Below, piece after piece: positions 20,619 to 30,460 of a stretch of DNA of 64,000 bases. The DNA is from Roseibacillus sp. (GTDB lineage Bacteria > Verrucomicrobiota > Verrucomicrobiia > Verrucomicrobiales > Akkermansiaceae), in assembly GCA_051251855.1 (NCBI GenBank), contig JBPOGI010000004.1:64001-128000 (forward strand), given 5' to 3'. The position numbers were made by a program, and so were the translations under genes. The notes beneath the pieces are model-generated. The model saw nothing but the letters and a program-made list of their open reading frames with translations, searched no databases and was not told where the DNA came from. Within the stretch, counting starts at the first letter, position 1. Every line of letters begins with the position of its first letter.

Positions 20619-21299
20619 TTAAAATTCGCGAATCTTGAGGTTGCGGTAGGAGACCACGTCACCGTGATCCTGCAATTGGAGATAGCCCCGTGCATTCACG
20701 CCGAAGCCTTCGGTCTTCTTGTATTTACTCTTACCAAAGCGCTCCTTCCATTCTTCAGAAGGAATCTCAAGACGCACTACTTCCTCACCATTCAAGAAGT
20801 GGGTGACCACTCCGTCTTTCACCATGATACGACTTTGATTCCACTCTCCAACAGCCTTCAAGACCTTGGCCTCACTCGCAGGCTTCAAGTCATAGAGCGC
20901 TGCCGATTGCCGGATAGGTCCATTCTTACCATCGGGATGACTCGTGTCGTCAAGAACCTGATACTCCAATCCTAGCCACTTACCATCGAACTTGGTCAGG
21001 CGATACTTCACCCCCGAGTTCCCTTTCTCCGATATCTTCCACTCGAAGGAAAAATCAAAATCACCATAGTCCTTTGCCGAATGAAGCGAGCCGGATCCCC
21101 CCGACTTTCGAGTGAGCTCTCCGCCTTCCGCCACCCAATTGCCTTCCTCGACAGCTTCTCCCTTTCCGTTGGTCCAACCTGCTAAAGTCTCGCCATCAAA
21201 GAGCGACTGCCAAACCGCCTCATCCGACTTTTCTTCTGCCATACCAAAGGAGCTGGCGACCATCAACGCAAAGAGACCGTGTTTCATCATGAGCTTCAT
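20619..21299 (-). CDS. DUF1080 / 3-keto-disaccharide hydrolase family protein
   Basis: SLFDGETLAGW, GNSGV, EYQVLD, GEWN and LQDHGDVVSYRNLKIRE motifs. Confidence 0.92.
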   Translation of the reverse strand: MKLMMKHGLFALMVASSFGMAEEKSDEAVWQSLFDGETLAGWTNGKGEAVEEGNWVAEGGELTRKSGGSGSLHSAKDYGDFDFSFEWKISEKGNSGVKYRLTKFDGKWLGLEYQVLDDTSHPDGKNGPIRQSAALYDLKPASEAKVLKAVGEWNQSRIMVKDGVVTHFLNGEEVVRLEIPSEEWKERFGKSKYKKTEGFGVNARGYLQLQDHGDVVSYRNLKIREF

Positions 21300-21413
21300 A
21301 CCCTAAGAATGCCAGCTACCTATCGAACGAAAACAAAAATCATCTCGATTTCACAGAGGCGAGCAACCAGCCTTCCGTGCAAGAAACCAGCGCGAGAGAA
21401 GTAAGGTATACCT

Positions 21414-22814
21414 ATGAATCCCTTTCTTGCGGCCCTGCTAACAGCACTGCTTTCTCTGAGCTGCCGAGCGGCGGTCGAAACTGTCTCCGAACTGGTTTCT
21501 GCCGTGGAGTCAGCAGCGGCCACCCCCGAAGCATCCACTATCGAACTGGCAGAGGGGACTTTCCAGCTTTCAGAGCCATTACTTTTAAAGAGTGGAATCC
21601 ACCTGCAAGGCGCTGGCGAAGGAAAGACGATCATCACACACAGGCCTGAGTGGAAAGGCAACCCCGCAACCCTCCCCGACCCCGAGCTCAACTTCAGTGA
21701 GTTCGACAAGACAGGCTACCTGATTCATCTCACCGATAAGGCCGCTGATATCGAGATCTCCCACCTCACTTTGACCGGCCCCCAATTGCACGGCGCCATC
21801 TATGGCTGGAACAATTCCAACCTTCACCTTCATCACCTACACTTGGAGGATTTTCTCTACAGCGGTTTTCGTTCCTACTCCACCAGCCAGGCACTTATCG
21901 AGCATTGCACCTTTGTCGATACCGGACAGCGCTGGCAAAAAGGCAAACCCGGCATCGATGGCGGCATTACCGGAGGAGCTATTTTCGTAATCTGGATCAA
22001 AGATAGCAAAATTTGCCACAACCGCTTTCTCAGAACGAAGACCGCTCCCAACGAGCACTACTACGGAATCAAAGGACGACAAGGAAGGCGCCTCAACATT
22101 CATCACAATACCATTGAGGCAAATTTCGCCATCGAGTTCCCCTTCGAGAATGACCAGGACGTGGAAATTCATCACAACATCTGCCGAGGTGTCATTTCGA
22201 TTCCGAAACATGAAGGTGGCCCCGTCCCCGAAAGTGGACGCACCTTTCATATTCACCACAACTACTTCACCACCTCCTATGCCATCGAGTTCCCGCGTAA
22301 TGGGGTCGAAATTAACCACAACCTCTTCGACTTTCCCCTCGATGACGACAGCGGCAATTTAATCTCGGCCTTTGGAGGGAAACCTTCACCTGGTCCGGCG
22401 AGCTTTCATAATAACCTCGTGAGCAATCCCGGCCGCGGGGTGATGTGGCTGGAACGCTCCTTCGGCCACCTGGAAATTCGAAACAATCACATCATCACCC
22501 GCACTACCGCCACTCCACGGAAGGACGGACTCTTTGGCTTCGATGAAGGCAGTGATTTCAGCAACATCACCGTTCGCGACAACCTTGTGAAGTGTATCGG
22601 CCAAAGTCGCCCCCTGATGCGCAACGACGAAAGCGGTCAAGCCACGATTGAAAACAACCAGCTCATCAATGTCAGCGACACTGACCGATACCAAAATCCT
22701 CCGAAAAAGCGAACCGTCGGCCTTCAGGACCCCTTAAAGTTTCAATGTGGAGTTAATGATGAGCTCACCATCACCGGATGGGAAAAATCACTTGTAATCA
22801 ATAAGTTACCGTAA
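21414..22814 (+). CDS. Secreted right-handed parallel beta-helix protein (pectin-lyase fold)
   Basis: Signal peptide; TIELAEGTF, LQGAGEGKTII and repeated xIHHN strands. Confidence 0.8.
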   Translation: MNPFLAALLTALLSLSCRAAVETVSELVSAVESAAATPEASTIELAEGTFQLSEPLLLKSGIHLQGAGEGKTIITHRPEWKGNPATLPDPELNFSEFDKTGYLIHLTDKAADIEISHLTLTGPQLHGAIYGWNNSNLHLHHLHLEDFLYSGFRSYSTSQALIEHCTFVDTGQRWQKGKPGIDGGITGGAIFVIWIKDSKICHNRFLRTKTAPNEHYYGIKGRQGRRLNIHHNTIEANFAIEFPFENDQDVEIHHNICRGVISIPKHEGGPVPESGRTFHIHHNYFTTSYAIEFPRNGVEINHNLFDFPLDDDSGNLISAFGGKPSPGPASFHNNLVSNPGRGVMWLERSFGHLEIRNNHIITRTTATPRKDGLFGFDEGSDFSNITVRDNLVKCIGQSRPLMRNDESGQATIENNQLINVSDTDRYQNPPKKRTVGLQDPLKFQCGVNDELTITGWEKSLVINKLP

Positions 22815-23016
22815 CAAAAACCCCTTTTACAGAGACCAGACAGCAGCAGAATATTGACTTCAGAGGCATTGTTTTTAAAAATACCGTAATATCAGCGTAT
22901 TTTCTTTAAAAATTAGTTGTTTGGCTTACTGAATTTTTATAAAGTGGCCGCCCTTTCGGGCACAGCTCACGCTCTTGCCCGAAGGAAAACTGTTCCTCTG
23001 ATTATCCCCAGTTCCT

Positions 23017-26000
23017 ATGTTCAAACTCTGCACCTTTGTGCTCTGCACGATCCTGCCCGCTCTCGAATGCGCCGCCGCAACGGCCCAATTCACGAATCCG
23101 AGCGCTGTCTCCAGCGATGCGGACGGCAACAATAGCGCACCTTGGGCAACTGACGGAGTAACCGCAGTAAGTCTTCAGTTTGATACCAGCGCCCTCATCC
23201 CCGCGGGAGCGACAATCAACTCGATTACCGTGAGAACCAACGGCACCGCGGTAGCACCAAGCTATCGCAGCGAAATCGATCTCACCATCACCGATCCTTC
23301 TGGTAATATCGCAAGCTGGGACTTCGGGACCGATTTGATCTTTCCCAATAGCGCTGGCAGCTGGGATAGTGGCAACCTGACCGCCAGCGGCTTATCGGGC
23401 GATGCTTCAGGAATTTTCACTTTCGCATTTAGCGAAGACTACAACGACACCGGAAATGACAACAGCATCGCAGCAGTGACATTGACGGTCGATTACACCT
23501 CCCCCACCTCCACTCTTTCTGCACCTATTGGAGCCTATCTCAACGGTATCATGCCCGTAACTGATCCGACCAATGGAGGGGCTCAACCACCCGCAACTCT
23601 CTCTGCCACTGGAGCCTTCAGTAATTTAGCCAGTCTCACCGTAGCTTCGGGCCTTGTTCCCTATGAAGTCAACTCCCCCCTCTGGTCTGACGGGGCCAGT
23701 AAGAAGCGCTGGATTGCCATACCATCTGACGGCAACCGTAACAGCGCTGGCGAGCAAGTGGTCTTCAACCCCGACGCTCCCTGGACCTTTCCGGTAGGCA
23801 CCGTGGCAGTGAAGCACTTTGAACTCTCTACCAACGCGAACAATCCCAACGAACTCCGCCGCCTTGAGACCCGCTTTCTGGTAGCCATTGGCAACGGAGA
23901 TTTCTACGGTGTCTCCTACCGCTGGCGTGCTGATGGCAGTGAGGCCGACCTTCTGCCGGACGGAGCCAGCGACACGATCAACATCACCAACGCGGATGGC
24001 TCTATCAGCAGCCAAACTTGGGACTATCCCGGTCGTCAAGATTGCCGCTCTTGCCACAATTTAGGCTCAGGTGTCTTTCTCGGAGTGAACACTTGGCAGC
24101 TCAACGGCAACATCACTTACCCCGGTGGCGGCTCCCTTCAGAATCAACTCGAAGCTTGGAATGACGAGAACCTTTTCACCACTAGTATCCAACCCGCTGC
24201 AAACTACTCCGCTGGAGTTGATGTCGAAGATGCCACCGCTTCTCTCGAACAACGCATGCGTTCCTATCTCGCGGCGAACTGCTCCAATTGTCACAACCCA
24301 GCCAGTGGCCTCAATACCGGTTTCGACCTCCGCTTTTCGACCTCATTGCCAAATACCGGTCTTATCTACGGCTCCTTGCTCTATGACCTTGGCATCAGTG
24401 GAGCTCACGTCATCACCCCGCAGGATCCTGCTAGAAGTATTCTCTATCGGCGCATGGACACCGTCGACGTCCACAGAATGCCACCTATCGGCCGAAACCT
24501 GATCCATACCGAAGCAGTTACAACGCTGAACCAGTGGATCATGACTCTCAATACTTCCACTGGCGGAAACTCGAATCCTCCCCTCGCCAACGATGATGAA
24601 GGTCTCACCCAGACCGGCAATTCAGTGGCCATCAATGCCTTTGCCAATGACAGCGATGTCGATGGCGACTCGTTCTCTCTCTTGCAAGCCAGCACGCCTG
24701 CCAATGGGTCCACATCATGGGCAAGCAATGGTGTGGTGACCTACACTCCTGCCAACGGCTTCATTGGAAACGACCAGTTCACCTACCAAATCTCGGACAC
24801 CACAGGCTCAGCCTCGCAGGCGGCCACCATTCGCGTCGTAGTGACCGCAGCCAGTTCTTCGAACTCCATCACCTTCTCTAACAGTTCCAACCTTCTTGCG
24901 GACCCAACCTCATACAGCGGAGTCGCGATGGGCGTTGTTGACATGAACCAAGACGGACGCGACGACATCATTCGCCTTCGCAATGCCAAGAATCTCTTCG
25001 TCGACTACCAGAACGCGAACGGCACCTTCAGCTCCCTTTCACTTGGCGCTCCCAGCAGCACCAACCAATGGGGACTCGCCGTGGGCGACACCGATAACAA
25101 CGGCTATCCCGACATCATCTCGGGTGGCTACTTCGACGGCCTCCACTACCAGCGCTCTAACAGCTCCGGAACCTCTTTTGCCAAAAGCACCCTCAGCAGC
25201 CCGACCGTTTTCCTTCAAGCGGTGAGCTTCGCCGACATCAACAACGATGGCTGGCTCGACCTCTTCCCCCTCCACGATGTCGGCAGCAACCCTCCCTTCC
25301 GCAACACCGGTAACGGCGGCCTCGTCTACGACCCCTCTCTCATTAATACCGCCACCTCCCCTGCCAGTGACAACTCAGGAAACTACGGCATCGTCTGGAC
25401 CGACTACGACGGAGATGGCGATATCGACATGTATATTTCCAAGTGCCGTGGTGGCGTGAGTAGCCGCACCGATCCACGACGTATCAATCAACTCTTCCGC
25501 AACAACGGCAATGGCAGCTTCACAGAAGTGGCGGCCGCAGCCGGTCTCGCTGACGGAGCGCAAAGCTGGACCGCTGACTTTGCCGATATCGATAACGACG
25601 GCGACCTCGATTGCTTTATCGGAAATCATGGCGAAGCGAGCCGTATGATGCGTAACAATGGCAACGGCACCTTTACCGAAGTCACCTCAACCAGCGGTAT
25701 CAGCGTGAACTGGAACGTGATTCAGTCCATCTTCCGCGACTTTAACAACGACGGCTGGATCGACCTCCTACTCACCGGAGCTCAGCAAGGCATCTGGATG
25801 AACGACCGTGACGGGACCTTCACCCAAATCAGTAATCCCTTTACCTCATCCGCCATGGAATCAGCCGCCGTAGGTGATTTGAACCGGGATGGCTTCCCTG
25901 ATATCTATGCGGGTTACGCTCGGCTCTACAACACTCCCCAATCGACGAAACCTGACCAACTCTTCCTTTCTAACAACAACGGAAATGGCTTTCTCTCCGT

Positions 26001-28668
26001 GACCTTGAATGGCCGCACCAGTAACAAACTCGCCTCGGGAGCAGTCCTAGAACTCCACGGTCCATGGGGCATTCAGATGCGCGAAGTCCGTTCCGGTGAA
26101 GGCTACGGTATCACTAACTCCTTCTCACAACGATTCGGGATGGGCAACACCGCTATCGCAGACAAACTCGTAGTGCGCTGGCCTTCAGGCGTGGTCGATA
26201 CCGCCTTCAACATCTCCGCCAATCAGTTCCTCACTCTCACCGAGGGAGACACCATAGCCCCAACTTTGACCAATCCCGGCAATCGTAATTCGGCTACCGA
26301 AAGCACGGTGTCGCTGCAACTTTCTGCGAACGACCCCAATCGTAATCCCCTCACCTATTCCGCCAGCAACTTGCCAACGGGCCTCAGTATCAATAGCAAT
26401 ACCGGTCGCATCAGTGGAACCACCGCGAGTGTGGGCGGAGTCTTTAACGTTACCGTTTCTGTGAGCGACAGCTGGAGCACAGTCTCGCGCACCTTCACTT
26501 GGACCATCGAAGGCGGCAGCAATACCGGCCCCAACTTGGCCGCCATCGACAACCAAGTGAGCGAAGTCAACGAATCCGTCTCGCTCACCCTTAGCGCCAA
26601 CGACCCAGATGGCGACCCTCTGAGCTTCAGCGCAACTGGACTTCCTGCCGGCCTCAACATCTCCTCCCTGACTGGAATCATTAGCGGCTCCGCAAACACT
26701 GCGGGAACATCAAACGTGACCGTATCTGTCACCGATGGTCCTCTCAGCGCCTCTCAAAGCTTCACTTGGACAGTGGAAAACCCCGTCACCAACCCAGGTC
26801 TCGCCTACGGTGGCACTCGCCCCATTCTCCCCTCTCTTATTCAAGCGGAGCACTTCGACACCGGAGGAGCTGGAACCTCATACTACGACGTGGATAGTAA
26901 TAATGTCGGCGGTATCTTCCGCAGCACTGGCGTCGACTTGGAAGACTCCTATGACGCAGACGGCACCCCGAACATCGGTTGGGCCGAAGATGGCGAGTGG
27001 CTCCATTACTCAGTTCAACTCAGCCCCGGAACATGGGACATCGTGGCTCGCGCCGCCAGTGAGTTCGGGGCCCCAGGCTCCCTTCGTGTCTTGTTAGATG
27101 GCGCCGAACTCGGAGTCATCGACATCGCCGGCACCGGAGGTTGGTATAACTGGGAAAGCTTCGTCCTCCCCGACATCACCATCACGGGAAACAATACCGC
27201 AACCCTCCGACTCGAAATTCAAGGAGCCTCCTACAACCTGAACTGGATCGACTTCGTCGCACCTGGCTCCGTCGAAGGTGGTGGCACCGGTGGCGGTGGC
27301 GGCACAGCTAGCACCCAAACTCCCTTCGGCGGCATCGCGGCCAACCTCCCTGGACGCATCCAAGCGGAAGACTTTGACGAAGGCCCAAGCGGAGATGCCA
27401 TCTTCGACCTCGACCCTGAAAACATTGGTGGAGCCTATCGCGCCAGCAGCGTCGACCTCGAGAACTCCTTCGATAGCGACAACACCTTCTCCATCGGCTG
27501 GATCGAGAACACCGAATGGACCGAATACACCGTGAACGTCACTCCCGGCGACTACGACATCACCGCCCGTATCGCGAGTGCTGAAGTCGCCCCTGGCCTC
27601 ATCCGCGTTCTTCTCGACGACCGCGAGCTTGGCATCATCACGGTAGCAGGAACTGGCGACTGGTATTCTTGGCAAGACTCCTCTCTCCAGAACGTCTCAG
27701 TGACCGAAAGTGGCGCAGCCGTCCTCCGTCTCGAATACATCGGTGGACCCTACAACCTCAACTGGATCGAATTCAGTGAAAACACCACCGGCGGTGGCGG
27801 TGAGCCAGTCACCCAGCGCTCCTTCCTCGAAGTCGCGCCTATGCTCCCCGGCCGCATTCAGGCCGAGAACTACGACCTCGGAGGTCAGGGCGTTGCTTAC
27901 CAAGATAACGAACTCGCCAACCTCACCGGTGCTTATCGCAGTGACGGCGTCGACATTGAAGCCTCAGGCGACATTGATGGTTCCTTCAGCTTGGGTTGGT
28001 TCGATGCCAATGAGTGGGTCGAATACACCGTCGTCCCAGAACCTGGCATTTATTCCGTCACGGTGAGAACTGCCGCAGGCGAAGCTAACCCCGGCGACCT
28101 CCGCGTCTCGCTCAGTGGAGCAGAGTTCGCCACCTTCGATATCCCCGACACTGGGGGTCCTTCCAACTGGTCTTCCACCACCCTTACCGGTATCACGCTT
28201 ACCGGTGGCGGCGAACAAGTTCTGCGAGTCGAAACCGTGGGCAACGGCATCAACTTCAACTGGATTGAGTTCACTCGAACCGGTAGCCTTCCCGGCACCG
28301 CAGAAGCCTCCGAATCACGCAGCGAGGAGTCCCTTCTGGCCATGGCCTTCGGCTCTTGGGACGGCACTCCCGACGAGGGAGAAGCGCCCCGATTGAATAT
28401 TTCGGGCGAAGGCGAAAATGCCACCTACTCGATCTCCTTCCTCATCCGCCTCGGTGGCTGGAGAACAGAGACCGGATACTTGACCAAAGAACTAACCTAC
28501 GGTCCCCAAACGGCCATCGACATGGAGAAGTGGGGCACCACCCTGAAGCCCATCGGCAACCCAGAAGGACTTCCAGTCCCCCCTCCAGGCTACAAATACC
28601 TGACTTACAGTCTCGTAGACGAGAGCCAGACCAAAGCCTTCTTCAAGGTCGATATCGCGGAGCATTAG
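23017..28668 (+). CDS. Large secreted multidomain protein: diheme cytochrome c region, Ig/cadherin-like, FG-GAP + ASPIC/UnbV, 2 He_PIG, 3 CBM6
   Basis: PLWSDGASKKRW, RRLETR, CRSCH, CSNCH, RMPP; DxNxDGxxD repeats; GEGYG...RFGMG...VRWPSG; LPxGLxI..TG.ISG twice; IQAE.FD...NLNWI three times. Confidence 0.9.
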   Translation: MFKLCTFVLCTILPALECAAATAQFTNPSAVSSDADGNNSAPWATDGVTAVSLQFDTSALIPAGATINSITVRTNGTAVAPSYRSEIDLTITDPSGNIASWDFGTDLIFPNSAGSWDSGNLTASGLSGDASGIFTFAFSEDYNDTGNDNSIAAVTLTVDYTSPTSTLSAPIGAYLNGIMPVTDPTNGGAQPPATLSATGAFSNLASLTVASGLVPYEVNSPLWSDGASKKRWIAIPSDGNRNSAGEQVVFNPDAPWTFPVGTVAVKHFELSTNANNPNELRRLETRFLVAIGNGDFYGVSYRWRADGSEADLLPDGASDTINITNADGSISSQTWDYPGRQDCRSCHNLGSGVFLGVNTWQLNGNITYPGGGSLQNQLEAWNDENLFTTSIQPAANYSAGVDVEDATASLEQRMRSYLAANCSNCHNPASGLNTGFDLRFSTSLPNTGLIYGSLLYDLGISGAHVITPQDPARSILYRRMDTVDVHRMPPIGRNLIHTEAVTTLNQWIMTLNTSTGGNSNPPLANDDEGLTQTGNSVAINAFANDSDVDGDSFSLLQASTPANGSTSWASNGVVTYTPANGFIGNDQFTYQISDTTGSASQAATIRVVVTAASSSNSITFSNSSNLLADPTSYSGVAMGVVDMNQDGRDDIIRLRNAKNLFVDYQNANGTFSSLSLGAPSSTNQWGLAVGDTDNNGYPDIISGGYFDGLHYQRSNSSGTSFAKSTLSSPTVFLQAVSFADINNDGWLDLFPLHDVGSNPPFRNTGNGGLVYDPSLINTATSPASDNSGNYGIVWTDYDGDGDIDMYISKCRGGVSSRTDPRRINQLFRNNGNGSFTEVAAAAGLADGAQSWTADFADIDNDGDLDCFIGNHGEASRMMRNNGNGTFTEVTSTSGISVNWNVIQSIFRDFNNDGWIDLLLTGAQQGIWMNDRDGTFTQISNPFTSSAMESAAVGDLNRDGFPDIYAGYARLYNTPQSTKPDQLFLSNNNGNGFLSVTLNGRTSNKLASGAVLELHGPWGIQMREVRSGEGYGITNSFSQRFGMGNTAIADKLVVRWPSGVVDTAFNISANQFLTLTEGDTIAPTLTNPGNRNSATESTVSLQLSANDPNRNPLTYSASNLPTGLSINSNTGRISGTTASVGGVFNVTVSVSDSWSTVSRTFTWTIEGGSNTGPNLAAIDNQVSEVNESVSLTLSANDPDGDPLSFSATGLPAGLNISSLTGIISGSANTAGTSNVTVSVTDGPLSASQSFTWTVENPVTNPGLAYGGTRPILPSLIQAEHFDTGGAGTSYYDVDSNNVGGIFRSTGVDLEDSYDADGTPNIGWAEDGEWLHYSVQLSPGTWDIVARAASEFGAPGSLRVLLDGAELGVIDIAGTGGWYNWESFVLPDITITGNNTATLRLEIQGASYNLNWIDFVAPGSVEGGGTGGGGGTASTQTPFGGIAANLPGRIQAEDFDEGPSGDAIFDLDPENIGGAYRASSVDLENSFDSDNTFSIGWIENTEWTEYTVNVTPGDYDITARIASAEVAPGLIRVLLDDRELGIITVAGTGDWYSWQDSSLQNVSVTESGAAVLRLEYIGGPYNLNWIEFSENTTGGGGEPVTQRSFLEVAPMLPGRIQAENYDLGGQGVAYQDNELANLTGAYRSDGVDIEASGDIDGSFSLGWFDANEWVEYTVVPEPGIYSVTVRTAAGEANPGDLRVSLSGAEFATFDIPDTGGPSNWSSTTLTGITLTGGGEQVLRVETVGNGINFNWIEFTRTGSLPGTAEASESRSEESLLAMAFGSWDGTPDEGEAPRLNISGEGENATYSISFLIRLGGWRTETGYLTKELTYGPQTAIDMEKWGTTLKPIGNPEGLPVPPPGYKYLTYSLVDESQTKAFFKVDIAEH

Positions 28669-28717
28669 CCGTCTATCAAGCTCGCCAACACTTGCGCCAC
28701 CTTAAAAAGGTCGTATT

Positions 28718-29674
28718 ATGGCGCCGAGACCGCACTGCATGAGCCCACCGAAAAAGCTTCAGCTTCCTAGCCACCCAGCCCCCTTGCCGCCAGTGCAGGA
28801 GCGCAAGGTCTTGGCGGTCGGAGTTTCCTCGACGGTGATTGCAAGTCTCGCTGTTGGAGCAGGCATACTTGCACTTTTTCTATTCCCCATCGTCGAGTTC
28901 CTCGCGACCGCAGGTCTTCCCGTCCAAGTAGTGGCCACCCCTGCCATTAGCCAACCTGAGGAGACGGAAAAGACCGTTGTCCAGAGGCAGCGTTTCATCC
29001 CAAAACCAATCCCTCCAGAAAATCAAGCCACCGCAAGCCTCCCCATTCATCAGTCCCAACTTGAGAACTCACCCCAAGAGTCCGCTCTAGATAGCCAGAC
29101 TCTCAGCACCCAATCGACAAGTCACCTCGAGTTCCTCGCTGCCTTCGCGGCAGAGGAAGATGACCGCCTTCAAGAAATTGCCCAAGAAGAAGCTCTTGCT
29201 CGGGCCGAAGCTTTAAGAAAACAAGCCGAAGAATCAGAGAGAGCACGCCTCCTCGCCGAAAGAAAGAACAGAGAATCGGCTGAGAAGGCACGTAGGCAAC
29301 AAGAACTTGCCTCTCTCAACGCAGCAAAGAAGCGCCAGCAAGAAGCGTTAGCAAAAGAAGCGACTGCCTCCCGACAGAGACAAGCTCTCGCAAGCAAAGT
29401 CGCGACCACGCCCTCGGTCATTAGCAAAAAAATCCCAAGTTACCCCATTTCTGCTCGAAAAGCAGGACTGCAAGGAACCGCCCGCATCACCGCCACAGTC
29501 TCTGCCCAAGGCAAAGTATCATCAGCTTACGTCAGCCAAAGCTCAGGCCATACTTCCTTGGACAAAACCGCCTTAGCCGCCGTCAAACGCTGGCGTTTCT
29601 CCCCCGCTCGCAACGGTCTCGGACAAGCCGTCACCCACCAAGTCGTGGTCCCCATCCCTTTTCAACTCAACTAA
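28718..29674 (+). CDS. TonB family energy transducer
   Basis: N-terminal TM, coiled linker, C-terminal PSYPISARKAGLQG...SSGHTSLDKTALAAVKRWRFSPA; alternative start 28739. Confidence 0.88.
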   Translation: MAPRPHCMSPPKKLQLPSHPAPLPPVQERKVLAVGVSSTVIASLAVGAGILALFLFPIVEFLATAGLPVQVVATPAISQPEETEKTVVQRQRFIPKPIPPENQATASLPIHQSQLENSPQESALDSQTLSTQSTSHLEFLAAFAAEEDDRLQEIAQEEALARAEALRKQAEESERARLLAERKNRESAEKARRQQELASLNAAKKRQQEALAKEATASRQRQALASKVATTPSVISKKIPSYPISARKAGLQGTARITATVSAQGKVSSAYVSQSSGHTSLDKTALAAVKRWRFSPARNGLGQAVTHQVVVPIPFQLN

Positions 29675-29689
29675 AAATAGCACATCGAC

Positions 29690-30439
29690 ATGAAAAACAT
29701 CGTTCTGCCACTGATACTTGCCTCTTCCTTCCTCTCTGGTCGGGAAAACGAAATCGAACCCAACTCTCTTCTCCGTCCACTTCATGCCCACGAAGTCCTG
29801 ACCGGTCATTTCCACCAGGGATACGACAGCCGCTATTTTACAGAGGGACGCGACGGACTAGACGGTGATTCCCTGCTCACCACCGCTTTCGAACTTGGCT
29901 ATGAGCATTTTGCCTTTGGAGCTTGGTTCGGCATCTCCCCCGAGCAAAACTACGACGAGCTCCAGCTCTCTGCGGCCTATATCGGCCACCTTGGAGACGT
30001 CGAATACTATCTCAGCTGGACTCACTTCGAATTCTCCTCCTTCTTTCCCGGTAGGGAACAAGACAATGAAATCGGCTTCGGCCTCAGTTATGGCGAGCTT
30101 CCCTACGAGCTCAATATCGCCTTCAACGCCTATTATTCCCTCGAGGTTGAAGGCTCCTTTATGGAACTCTCCCTTGATCGCAGTTCCGACCTCACCGACC
30201 AACTCTCCTTAGGAGTTTTGGGAACCTTCGGAATGAACCAAGGCTACGTAAGTGATGGCCATGACGGGGCTAACCATCTCGCCCTCTCCAGCTCCCTCGA
30301 CTACGCTCTCACTGAAAGCCTCACTCTCTCATTGCATGCCACCTACTCCTGGGCCCTCGACCAAGATGCTAATACAGCTGGCGACGAAACCCTCATCGAT
30401 TTCTTCCATGCCGGAACTGGAATCATGTTTGCCTTTTAG
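29690..30439 (+). CDS. Putative outer-membrane beta-barrel protein (TorF/Gcw_chp-like)
   Basis: Signal peptide, YDSRYFTEGRD, amphipathic beta strands, C-terminal Phe. Confidence 0.7.
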   Translation: MKNIVLPLILASSFLSGRENEIEPNSLLRPLHAHEVLTGHFHQGYDSRYFTEGRDGLDGDSLLTTAFELGYEHFAFGAWFGISPEQNYDELQLSAAYIGHLGDVEYYLSWTHFEFSSFFPGREQDNEIGFGLSYGELPYELNIAFNAYYSLEVEGSFMELSLDRSSDLTDQLSLGVLGTFGMNQGYVSDGHDGANHLALSSSLDYALTESLTLSLHATYSWALDQDANTAGDETLIDFFHAGTGIMFAF

Positions 30440-30460
30440 CAGGCGCCACGCACCCCCGAC

